Assembly: GCF_000283555.1 (NCBI RefSeq)
Contig: NC_016012.1
Span: 1,260,001-1,292,000, forward strand
Reading direction: 5' to 3'
DNA: 32,000 bases
Source: Candidatus Arthromitus sp. SFB-rat-Yit
Lineage (GTDB): Bacteria; Bacillota; Clostridia; Clostridiales; Clostridiaceae
In this document: positions 8,274 through 16,124 of the stretch, in pieces
Position numbering within the stretch: the first letter of the stretch is position 1
Layout of the letters: each line of letters opens with the position of its first letter
Position numbers and translations under genes: made by a program
Notes under the pieces: generated by a model
The model's input: the letters and a program-made list of their open reading frames with translations, nothing else
What the model was told of the DNA's origin: nothing
Databases searched by the model: none

Positions 8274-9147
8274 ACTTAAAATTTATATAATCCGCTGGAT
8301 TTACTTCCTCATTGTTTAAATACATCACAAAATTTAAGTGTGATCCATAATCTTCGTTTGAATAATTCCCCGATGAATTACCAACTGTTGCTATAACTTC
8401 ACCTTTTCTAACATTTTGCCCATTAACAACCTTAATCCCCTCATCTAAATTTGTATACACACTTTTAAATCCATTATCATGTTTAATTACTATATACTGT
8501 CCTCTTTCAGTTAAATCATTATCTATTTTTTCAACAACACCATCTAATACAGACATAACAGATGCACCCTTATCAGTCTTTAAATCCACACCATCCCTAG
8601 TTCTCCATGTGTTTAAAGTTTTTGAATACACTGTATCTATTGAATATTCTCTTATAAGTGTCCCTTCAACAGGTAAAGAAAATGTTATTGTAGTTGCCGA
8701 AACTTGAGTATTATTTTCATTTAAATTAACATCCGCAACATCTTTATTAACCAAATCTTTTTTGTCCTCATTTGAAGTTTTCGTAATATCGCTCTTTGAT
8801 GATTTATCTAAACTATTGCTTTTATCAGAAACATAATTCTTATCTTCAACATTTTTTACTTCTTGATTATTTGAATCATTTTGGATATCTTTATTTTTAA
8901 CATTAGTATCGCCTGGTATATTATTAACTTGAAGTGCATTATCCATATTGCTATCATTAACATTTAATTCTTCATTAAATTTACTATTATCTGCTATCTG
9001 ATTTTTATTACCTTCTGTATATTTAGTTTCAAATGATGAATTACTAAAATAAATTACTAATCCTAAAGCTATTGCTATACCAATAAAAACAAATAAATTA
9101 ATCTTTTCCTTCTTGCCAAATATTTTTGTCCTTTTTAAATTATTCAT
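8272..9147 (-). CDS. spoIIQ: Stage II sporulation protein Q-like membrane protein with a degenerate LytM/M23 domain
   Basis: ATG at 9147 with a GGAGGTG SD; the track's longer start at 9261 has none. One N-terminal TM helix (INLFVFIGIAIALGLVIYF), a long N/D/K/S-rich linker and a C-terminal M23 fold. Its position between spoIID and spoIIID matches spoIIQ in C. difficile-type synteny. Confidence 0.75.
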   Translation of the reverse strand: MNNLKRTKIFGKKEKINLFVFIGIAIALGLVIYFSNSSFETKYTEGNKNQIADNSKFNEELNVNDSNMDNALQVNNIPGDTNVKNKDIQNDSNNQEVKNVEDKNYVSDKSNSLDKSSKSDITKTSNEDKKDLVNKDVADVNLNENNTQVSATTITFSLPVEGTLIREYSIDTVYSKTLNTWRTRDGVDLKTDKGASVMSVLDGVVEKIDNDLTERGQYIVIKHDNGFKSVYTNLDEGIKVVNGQNVRKGEVIATVGNSSGNYSNEDYGSHLNFVMYLNNEEVNPADYINFK

Positions 9148-9165
9148 TTTTAACACCTCCATTCT

Positions 9166-9195
9166 AATTGTGTCCACTTTTGGTAAAAAAATACA
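9166..9195 (-). promoter_or_regulatory. Candidate forespore (sigma-F/G type) promoter for spoIIQ
   Basis: On the minus strand: TGTAT (9195-9191), a 15-nt spacer, then GGACACAATT (9175-9166). This is a partial match to the remembered sigma-F consensus GywTA-15-GGnrAnAnTw, with one mismatch in each element. Confidence 0.3.
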
Positions 9196-9212
9196 TTTTA
9201 AAAATATTTTCC

Positions 9213-9242
9213 AATAAAAAAAGACTTCATCAAAATGAAGCC
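9213..9242 (-). terminator. Intrinsic terminator of spoIID, with the stop codon in the loop
   Basis: On the minus strand: GGCTTCAT-TTTG-ATGAAGTC, followed by TTTTTTTATT. The stem's 5' arm encodes the last spoIID codons. Confidence 0.6.
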
Positions 9243-10195
9243 TTTTTAATTTCAATATCACTATAATAATGTTTCAATATTTCATCATACTTATATCCAA
9301 GTTCAGCCATTTTACCCGCTCCCCACTGAGATAAACCAACACCATGTCCATAACCTCTAACATTCATAAATATTTTATCACCATTCTTTTTCATCTCTAT
9401 ATTACTTGAATTCAATTCAAATAAATACCTGAAATCCAATCCTCTTATAATCTCATTACCAAGTTTTATTCTATATATCGATCCAGATTCTGTATATTCC
9501 AAAATTTCAACATCATCATATTTTTTAACATTTGCATTAGAATACTCATTATTTATTCTATTTACAAACTCTTCTTCACTAAACACATACTCCTTAGTAA
9601 CATTTGGTGCATCTTGATCAAACAAACTATCAACAGATTTTAAATATGGTTCATCAAACGAAAACACTTCAGATGAATTTTCAGTTTGCCCACTCGAAAT
9701 CGCGAAATATAAAGCGTTTTTAGCTATTTCACCATCATAATACAAAACTTCTCCACTTGTTTCATCTATAGCATCTCTTATTTTTTTAATATACTCATCC
9801 TTCTTACTACCAAATTTTTGATCGTACATACTTTCGTCTATGTAAGCCTGAGAATGAATTGTATCACAAACATGAGCAATATCATGTATTTTATTTCCAC
9901 TAATCAATTTACTTATTACATATGTCCTAGATGCAACAGCTTGGGCTTTCAATGCTTCTATATCAAACTTTGCAGGCATTTCAGCAGATAAAACACCCTC
10001 TAAATATTTTTCCAATTCTATTTCTTCTACGCTATCTGTCGCATGTCTATACAATGTTATAATAATATCTTTATCTTCACTATTATAGTGAATTTGATTA
10101 TTACTAATTCCAATCACTGCTAAAGGTAATAAAAAAAATATACTCGTAAAAATAATTAACAATAATAAAAATTTCCTTAAAATATATCTAATCAA
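9230..10195 (-). CDS. spoIID: Stage II sporulation protein D (SpoIID/LytB-family lytic transglycosylase)
   Basis: 321 aa. N-terminal TM helix, EALKAQAVASRTY, and GYGHGVGLSQWGA near the C-terminus. TTG start with a GAGG SD. The gene lies downstream of murA. Confidence 0.9.
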   Translation of the reverse strand: MIRYILRKFLLLLIIFTSIFFLLPLAVIGISNNQIHYNSEDKDIIITLYRHATDSVEEIELEKYLEGVLSAEMPAKFDIEALKAQAVASRTYVISKLISGNKIHDIAHVCDTIHSQAYIDESMYDQKFGSKKDEYIKKIRDAIDETSGEVLYYDGEIAKNALYFAISSGQTENSSEVFSFDEPYLKSVDSLFDQDAPNVTKEYVFSEEEFVNRINNEYSNANVKKYDDVEILEYTESGSIYRIKLGNEIIRGLDFRYLFELNSSNIEMKKNGDKIFMNVRGYGHGVGLSQWGAGKMAELGYKYDEILKHYYSDIEIKKASF

Positions 10196-10260
10196 AATAC
10201 TTTACCTCTGTTAATCTTAATATATAATATTTTATTTTCCGTTAAGTTATATATTCTTAC

Positions 10261-10291
10261 AAAATAAAAAAACACCCAAATAATGGATGTT
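10261..10291 (-). terminator. Intrinsic terminator after murA
   Basis: On the minus strand: AACATCCA-TTATT-TGGGTGTT, followed by TTTTTTTATTTT. Confidence 0.7.
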
Positions 10292-10301
10292 TATTTTTAT
10301 T

Positions 10302-11555
10302 TTATATTCTCTCTATATCTGCATTTAATTTCCTAAGTTTGCACTCTATTGAAGAATATCCTCTATCAATATGATATATATCTGTAATCTCACTCTCACC
10401 TTCACAAGATAATGCTGAAAGTATAAGAGCCGCACCTGCCCTTAAATCTGTAGCCTTTACAGTTGATGGCGTAAGTTTACTCACTCCCTCTATTATAGCA
10501 ACTCGATCATGTATGGAAATATTCGCTCCCATTCTACACATCTCCATAACATGCATAAATCTATTTTCAAAAATAGTTTCAATAATAGTACTAGCCCCAT
10601 TTGTTATAGATAACAATGCCATTAATTGAGGCTGCATATCAGTTGGAAATCCAGGATGTGGTAAAGTTTTTACATTAATAGGCTTTAAATCACTATCTCC
10701 ATTTACAAAAATTTCATTTCCATTAACATCCATATCTAACCCCATTTCATAAAATTTTGATAAAATAGGGTTCAAATATTCTTCATTTATTCCTTTTATA
10801 CTAAATTTACTTTTAGTAATAGCTGCAAGCACTATATAAGTTCCAGCTTCTATCCTATCATAAATAGGAATATGGCTAACTCCCCTTAACTTTTTTACAC
10901 CATTTATGACTATTTTAGATGTACCTGCACCTTGTATATCTCCACCCATACCGTTTATAAATACTGCTAAATCTACTATTTCAGGTTCTTTTGCTGCATT
11001 CTCTATTATAGTTTTCCCCTCTGCTAATGTAGCAGCCATAATTAAATTTTCAGTAGCTCCAACAGATGGAAAATCCAAATATATATTAGAACCAACCAAT
11101 CTTTTAGCTATGATCTCAACACAACCATTTACAATTGAAATATCTGCTCCCAAAGCCGCCAATCCTTTTAAATGTAAATCTATAGGTCTAAGTCCTATAT
11201 TACATCCTCCTGGCATATATATACATGCTTTGCCAAATCTAGATACTAAAGGTCCAAGTACCAAAAATGAAGCTCTCATCTTTCTTATTAAATTCTCAGA
11301 CAAATCAAGCGGAAGCATATCCTTACTATTTATTCTAAAAATTCTATTTCCCACATCTATGCTAACATTAACTTTTAAACTTTTCAGTACATCACATATG
11401 ACAAAAACATCATCAAGCATAGGTACATTCTCAATTATACATTCATCATCACATAATATTGTAGCTGCTATTATAGGTAACACGGAATTTTTAGCCGAAC
11501 TGATCTCAATCTCACCGTTAAGAGTCCTTCCACCCCTAATCCTAAATCTTTGCAT
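10302..11555 (-). CDS. murA: UDP-N-acetylglucosamine 1-carboxyvinyltransferase
   Basis: 417 aa. MQRFRIRGGRTLNGEIEISSAKNS, active-site loop MPGGCNIGLRPIDLH with the Cys retained, and a C-terminal HIDRGY. Confidence 0.95.
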   Translation of the reverse strand: MQRFRIRGGRTLNGEIEISSAKNSVLPIIAATILCDDECIIENVPMLDDVFVICDVLKSLKVNVSIDVGNRIFRINSKDMLPLDLSENLIRKMRASFLVLGPLVSRFGKACIYMPGGCNIGLRPIDLHLKGLAALGADISIVNGCVEIIAKRLVGSNIYLDFPSVGATENLIMAATLAEGKTIIENAAKEPEIVDLAVFINGMGGDIQGAGTSKIVINGVKKLRGVSHIPIYDRIEAGTYIVLAAITKSKFSIKGINEEYLNPILSKFYEMGLDMDVNGNEIFVNGDSDLKPINVKTLPHPGFPTDMQPQLMALLSITNGASTIIETIFENRFMHVMEMCRMGANISIHDRVAIIEGVSKLTPSTVKATDLRAGAALILSALSCEGESEITDIYHIDRGYSSIECKLRKLNADIERI

Positions 11556-11640
11556 GTTAGCCGCTCCTCCAAATATTATTTATCTTAAATTAAACTACAT
11601 TATATTATACGGTACCAATATACAAAGTTAATTATAATTT

Positions 11641-12753
11641 CTAATTATTACCTAAATAGTTTTTTTCTAATATATTAATTATTTTCTTTGATGTGTTTCC
11701 ATCTCCATAAACATTGCTTGCCCCTTTATTCCCAACTCCATTTTCTATTAATTCTTTCGCACACCTATATATCCTATCTTCATTCGTTCCAACTAATTCT
11801 ATCATTCCTTCTTCTATCATTTCCTCTCTCTCTGTTTCATTTCTTAAAACCAAAACTTTCTTTCCTAAATAGGGAGCTTCTTCCTGTATACCTCCTGAAT
11901 CAGTCATAACAAAAAAGCATCTCGATAATAAATTATGAGAATCATATATATCTATTGGATCTAACATATAAACATTTGATATCCCATTTAAAATAGACTT
12001 TACCGTATCTCTAACTATAGGATTTAAATGCGTTAAGAATATAAATTTTATATTTTTATATTCATTTGATATTTTCTTTATAACATTGCAAATATTTGTT
12101 ATAGGCTTACCCCAGCTCTCTCTCCTATGTGCCGTAACAACAATTACTTTATGAGAAAAATCAATTTTTTTTAATACATCATTATTAAAACTATAATCAT
12201 CACTTATTGTGTAATTCATAGTATCTATAACCGTATTACCCACAACATATATATTTTCCTCATTTATTCCTTCTTTTAACAAATTATTTTTGGAAAGACT
12301 TGTAGGTGCAAAATGATACTTTGCTAATACTCCAGTCAATTTCCTATTTGCCTCTTCTGGAAATGGAAAATATAAATCATTACTTCTTAATCCCGCCTCA
12401 ACATGACCTATATCAATTTTTTGATAAAAAGCACTTAAACTAGAACAAAAAGTTGTGGTTGTATCGCCATGTACAAGCACAACTTTAGGTTTTTCTTCCA
12501 AATATATTTTTTCAAGATTTGTCATCATAGATGTTGTTAGAGTAGTTAATGTTTGCTTTTCCTTCATAAGATTCAAATCATATTTTGGTACTATATCAAA
12601 CTTACTTAAAACATTGTCTAACATCTCTCTATGTTGAGCAGTCACACACACTATACTCTCAAAATTCTTATTTTTATCTAGTTCCTTTATAAGAGGAACC
12701 ATTTTAATCGCTTCTGGCCTTGTTCCAAAAACACTGATAACTTTTATACCCAT
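11641..12753 (-). CDS. mnaA: UDP-N-acetylglucosamine 2-epimerase (non-hydrolysing)
   Basis: MGIKVISVFGTRPEAIKM, VHGDTTT, HVEAGLRS, TDSGGIQEEAP. I prefer the ATG at 12753, because homologues start a few residues before FGTRPE, over the track start at 12783. Confidence 0.9.
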   Translation of the reverse strand: MGIKVISVFGTRPEAIKMVPLIKELDKNKNFESIVCVTAQHREMLDNVLSKFDIVPKYDLNLMKEKQTLTTLTTSMMTNLEKIYLEEKPKVVLVHGDTTTTFCSSLSAFYQKIDIGHVEAGLRSNDLYFPFPEEANRKLTGVLAKYHFAPTSLSKNNLLKEGINEENIYVVGNTVIDTMNYTISDDYSFNNDVLKKIDFSHKVIVVTAHRRESWGKPITNICNVIKKISNEYKNIKFIFLTHLNPIVRDTVKSILNGISNVYMLDPIDIYDSHNLLSRCFFVMTDSGGIQEEAPYLGKKVLVLRNETEREEMIEEGMIELVGTNEDRIYRCAKELIENGVGNKGASNVYGDGNTSKKIINILEKNYLGNN

Positions 12754-12779
12754 AATATCCCTTTCAAAATATAAATTAA

Positions 12780-13805
12780 TCATTTGTCTTTTTTAAGCTG
12801 AAAAATATCAAGCTTAACCACTAAATAAATAATATAAACTAGGCTTATAAATAACAAAAGCAAGAAATTCCTTCTATTTGAAACAACCATTAAAATAGCT
12901 ATCAAGCTAAATATAATTTCAATAAAATACATAATAATAACTGCCTTCGGATGAGAATTACCTAATTTTATAAGCTTGTGATGTACATGTCCTTTATCAG
13001 CCTCCATTATAGGTAATTTTTTTAATTTACGTCGTATTATTGAAGTTAGAGTATCAAATAATGGAACTCCGCAAATAATTATTGGAATCAAAATTATAAA
13101 TTCTCCATTTATAGTGTTATTTCCATCTATTAAAATAACAGATAAAATAAATCCAATAAATTGAGCTCCAGAATCACCTATAAATATCTTAGCCTTGTAA
13201 AAATTATATGGAAGTATGCCAATTAGAGTACCACATAAAACAGAAGATATTATCGCACTAGATAAATTACCTGATATCACACTTATTATAAATATAGTAA
13301 CAAATACTATAAGTGAAATACCAGCTGCCAAACCATCTAATCCATCTATTAAATTAAATGCATTAGTGAGTACTATTACCCATACAAACATTAATGGTAT
13401 CCCTAAAAAATCAAGTGCATATGTATTTCCACCAGGTATAAATGTTATATCCTTTATATAAATATCATTGAATATCAAAATACTAATAGCAATAATCTGA
13501 ATAATCAATTTTTCTCTTGGCTTAATAGGATATATATCATCAATTATACCTCCAATTAGAATAATAGTTGAGCTAACTATTATTCTAAAATGATTATTAT
13601 CAATAAATGAATTTTGTAAAGTCAATGTTATAAGAAATGATATATATATAATTATTCCTCCCAAAAAAGGCATTGGCGTGCCATGTACCTTTCTTGTTTC
13701 TTTCGGAATATCTAAAAACTCAAATTTAAAGGAAATATTCATAAACAACGGCGTCAAAAACAATGATATCATCATACTAAAAATAAATAATGTTATATAT
13801 CTCAT
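12780..13805 (-). CDS. tagO: Undecaprenyl-phosphate GlcNAc-1-phosphate transferase (glycosyltransferase family 4, TagO/WecA-like)
   Basis: 341 aa polytopic membrane protein. MraY/WecA-type motifs IDDIYPIKP, NAFNLIDGLDGLA and IFIGDSGAQFIGF. The gene is adjacent to mnaA. Confidence 0.8.
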   Translation of the reverse strand: MRYITLFIFSMMISLFLTPLFMNISFKFEFLDIPKETRKVHGTPMPFLGGIIIYISFLITLTLQNSFIDNNHFRIIVSSTIILIGGIIDDIYPIKPREKLIIQIIAISILIFNDIYIKDITFIPGGNTYALDFLGIPLMFVWVIVLTNAFNLIDGLDGLAAGISLIVFVTIFIISVISGNLSSAIISSVLCGTLIGILPYNFYKAKIFIGDSGAQFIGFILSVILIDGNNTINGEFIILIPIIICGVPLFDTLTSIIRRKLKKLPIMEADKGHVHHKLIKLGNSHPKAVIIMYFIEIIFSLIAILMVVSNRRNFLLLLFISLVYIIYLVVKLDIFQLKKDK

Positions 13806-13892
13806 AAAATCATCCTAAATATATCATTTTAAATATGTACTTATAATTTCCAATAAATTCAAAAATTATTCTAATATGGATCATGATTATGT

Positions 13893-14522
13893 TTAGTGCG
13901 TTCCAAATATCCTGTCACCAGCATCTCCAAGCCCTGGAACTATATATCCCTTTTCATTCAATCTTTCATCAATAGCTGCAGTGTATATATTTACATCATT
14001 AAATTTAGAAGTTATTTTACTAAGCCCTTCAGGAGATGAAATTAAAGATAAAACAGTTATATCTTTAACTCCTTTCCCTTTCAAAATATTTATAGAATCA
14101 ATTATAGATCCTCCAGTTGCAATCATAGGATCTAACAACATAACTTTTGTATTTTCAATTCCAGTTGGTAATTTTGAAAAATATTCTACGATCTCAAGTG
14201 TGCTTTCATCTCTGTAAAGTCCTATATGTCCAATCCTTGCATTGGGTACAACTTCCAAAATCCCATTAAGCATTCCAAGTCCTGCTCTTAAAATAACCAC
14301 AAATGTTATCTTTTCTTCATCTATATACTTACCTCTCATAGATGTTATTGGTGTTTCAATATTTTTTTCCAAAACTTCAATATCCTTAAGAGCTTCATAC
14401 CCTAAGAATATTCCAATTTCATTACACAGTCTTCTAAAATCACTCGTAGATGTTTCTTTATTCCTCAATTGTGTTAACTTATGTTGTATCATCGGATGGT
14501 TAATTTCAAAAATATTTTTCAT
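13893..14522 (-). CDS. upp: Uracil phosphoribosyltransferase
   Basis: MKNIFEINHPMIQHKLTQLR, VMLLDPMIATGGS, YIVPGLGDAGDRIFGT. The ATG at 14522 has a GGAGG SD 6 nt upstream; the track start at 14540 does not. Confidence 0.95.
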   Translation of the reverse strand: MKNIFEINHPMIQHKLTQLRNKETSTSDFRRLCNEIGIFLGYEALKDIEVLEKNIETPITSMRGKYIDEEKITFVVILRAGLGMLNGILEVVPNARIGHIGLYRDESTLEIVEYFSKLPTGIENTKVMLLDPMIATGGSIIDSINILKGKGVKDITVLSLISSPEGLSKITSKFNDVNIYTAAIDERLNEKGYIVPGLGDAGDRIFGTH

Positions 14523-14997
14523 TTCTTCCTCCAAATTCATTTAACTTATCTAATACTTTATTTAATAAATAATCAAGCTTGAATAATGTCCTTTTATATA
14601 TTTCCAAATCTCCCATATAAGGATCGGATATATCACAGCTTTCATTTATAAATTCCTCAATCGTAAACAATTTATTGTTTTCTATACTAAAATTGCTTTG
14701 TATAAATTCTTTGTGATTTTTAGTAACTGATAAAATAATATCACAATTTTCTATAATTTTACTATCCAACAATTTACTTTTCCTTTTAGAATCAAATTTT
14801 TTATTATAAAATTCCTCTAAAACCTTATTTGCATTATGTGAAATATTCGTAGAATTATCTGCCATAATACCTGCAGATTCAACGCAAAATATTTTTAAAG
14901 CATTTTCCCCAAATCTATCTCTAATTTTTTCCTTAAGGATAATTTCAGCCATAATACTCCTACAAGTATTTCCTGTGCAAACAAATAATATATTCAT
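14506..14997 (-). CDS. ywlE: Low-molecular-weight phosphatase, YwlE-like (probable protein-arginine phosphatase)
   Basis: MNILFVCTGNTCRS P-loop with Thr at the position remembered as conferring phospho-arginine specificity. DP motif (ISDPYMG). Lies between tsaC/ywlC and upp, as in B. subtilis. Confidence 0.8.
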   Translation of the reverse strand: MNILFVCTGNTCRSIMAEIILKEKIRDRFGENALKIFCVESAGIMADNSTNISHNANKVLEEFYNKKFDSKRKSKLLDSKIIENCDIILSVTKNHKEFIQSNFSIENNKLFTIEEFINESCDISDPYMGDLEIYKRTLFKLDYLLNKVLDKLNEFGGRNEKYF

Positions 14998-15009
14998 AAA
15001 ATACCTTCC

Positions 15010-16056
15010 TTATAAAGTAATTAAATTATGTGCTGCAGCCTTAAGAAGCCTATTCATAATAGCATTGGAAAAATCATCACACAAACACTCACTAACTATA
15101 AAATCACATCCTAAATCATCAAACTTTCTTATACTTTCAAATAAATTCCTACTCAATTCTAAATAATTATCCCTACTCCCAATAACTATAATCTTAATTT
15201 CATTTTTAAGTGTTTTACTAAAATCATAATAAAATTTATAATTTTCTCTTAAACATAATACACCTATATTTTTATAAAAACATTGCTTATCTTTTATATA
15301 CAAAGCTATATTTTTAAAATCTGATTTTAAAATAATCATATCCCCTTTAGGTGCATAATGTTTATATTTAAGTCCTGGAGATATCGGTTTATCTTTAACA
15401 AATTTATCATTAATTCTTCCATATAATTTCGCATTGGGTATAACACTTTTTATATCATTGATCGTAATATGTCCTGGTCTTAATATCACACCTTCATCGT
15501 TGACCATACTAATAACTGTAGATTCAAGTCCTATATAGCTTTGACTACCATCTATAATAAAATTAACCTTACCATTCAAATCATCAAAACATCTTTTTGC
15601 ACTAGTAGCACTTGGTCTTCCTGAAATATTTGCAGATGGTGCTGCAATCGGAAATCCACTTTCTTTAATCAAGTCAAGTGCAATTTGATGATTCGGCATT
15701 CTAAGTGCAACTGTTTCAAGACCTGCCGTAGTTTCATAAGGTATAATTTCCATTTTCTCTAAAATTATAGTAAGTGGTCCCGGCCAAAACTTTTCTATAA
15801 GCTTATACGTACCTTCCCCTATATTTTTTGCATATTTTGAAATTTCTTTATCCGCTATATGTACAATTAGAGGATTATCTTTCTCTCTACATTTAATATC
15901 AAATATTTTTAATACAGCATTCTTATCAATAGCATTTGCTCCAATTCCATATACAGTTTCTGTCGGAAATACGACAATTTCACCATATTTTAGAGCTTCT
16001 ATACAAGAGTTATATCCATTCTTATCATTATAAAAATCTATAATATTAGTTTCCAT
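15010..16056 (-). CDS. tsaC: L-threonylcarbamoyladenylate synthase, Sua5/YwlC type (TsaC domain plus Sua5 C-terminal domain)
   Basis: VVFPTETVYGIGANA, KGRPxxNPLIVH-like (REKDNPLIVHI), APSANISGRPSATSA. I use the ATG at 16056 (METNIIDF...) rather than the track start at 16092, which falls inside a palindrome. Confidence 0.9.
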   Translation of the reverse strand: METNIIDFYNDKNGYNSCIEALKYGEIVVFPTETVYGIGANAIDKNAVLKIFDIKCREKDNPLIVHIADKEISKYAKNIGEGTYKLIEKFWPGPLTIILEKMEIIPYETTAGLETVALRMPNHQIALDLIKESGFPIAAPSANISGRPSATSAKRCFDDLNGKVNFIIDGSQSYIGLESTVISMVNDEGVILRPGHITINDIKSVIPNAKLYGRINDKFVKDKPISPGLKYKHYAPKGDMIILKSDFKNIALYIKDKQCFYKNIGVLCLRENYKFYYDFSKTLKNEIKIIVIGSRDNYLELSRNLFESIRKFDDLGCDFIVSECLCDDFSNAIMNRLLKAAAHNLITL

Positions 16057-16080
16057 ACAAACACCTATATAAATATATAA

Positions 16081-16117
16081 ATTTATCGCCATAAGATAAA
16101 ATCTTATGGCGATAAAT
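16081..16117 (-). terminator. Perfect 17-bp palindrome between prfA and tsaC (attenuator, terminator or operator candidate)
   Basis: ATTTATCGCCATAAGAT-AAA-ATCTTATGGCGATAAAT, 7 nt after the prfA stop. It is followed on the minus strand by TTATATATTTATATA. Confidence 0.45.
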
Positions 16118-16124
16118 CCAAATA

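Noticed and set aside
9148-9261. The track's N-terminal extensions. They include spoIIQ from 9261 and also hpf at 876, mnaA at 12783, upp at 14540, tsaC at 16092, prfA at 17216, the glycosyltransferase at 23472 and the small ORF at 29282.
   Set aside because: In each case the downstream ATG has a proper SD and matches the N-terminus of homologues. The extensions have no SD, and some overlap terminators or palindromes.
10196-10260. A sigma-E promoter for spoIID. I also searched for sigma-E upstream of spoIIID (8225-8330) and sigma-F upstream of spoIIR (25327-25420).
   Set aside because: I could not find matches to the remembered consensus elements that were better than what AT-rich sequence gives by chance, so no call was made.
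10906-11631. A 241-aa plus-strand ORF, the longest unannotated ORF in the window.
   Set aside because: It lies entirely antisense to the well-supported murA gene. Its low-complexity S/P/I/A-rich translation has no recognisable motifs, SD or promoter. It is a typical shadow ORF opposite a relatively G+C-rich, codon-biased gene.
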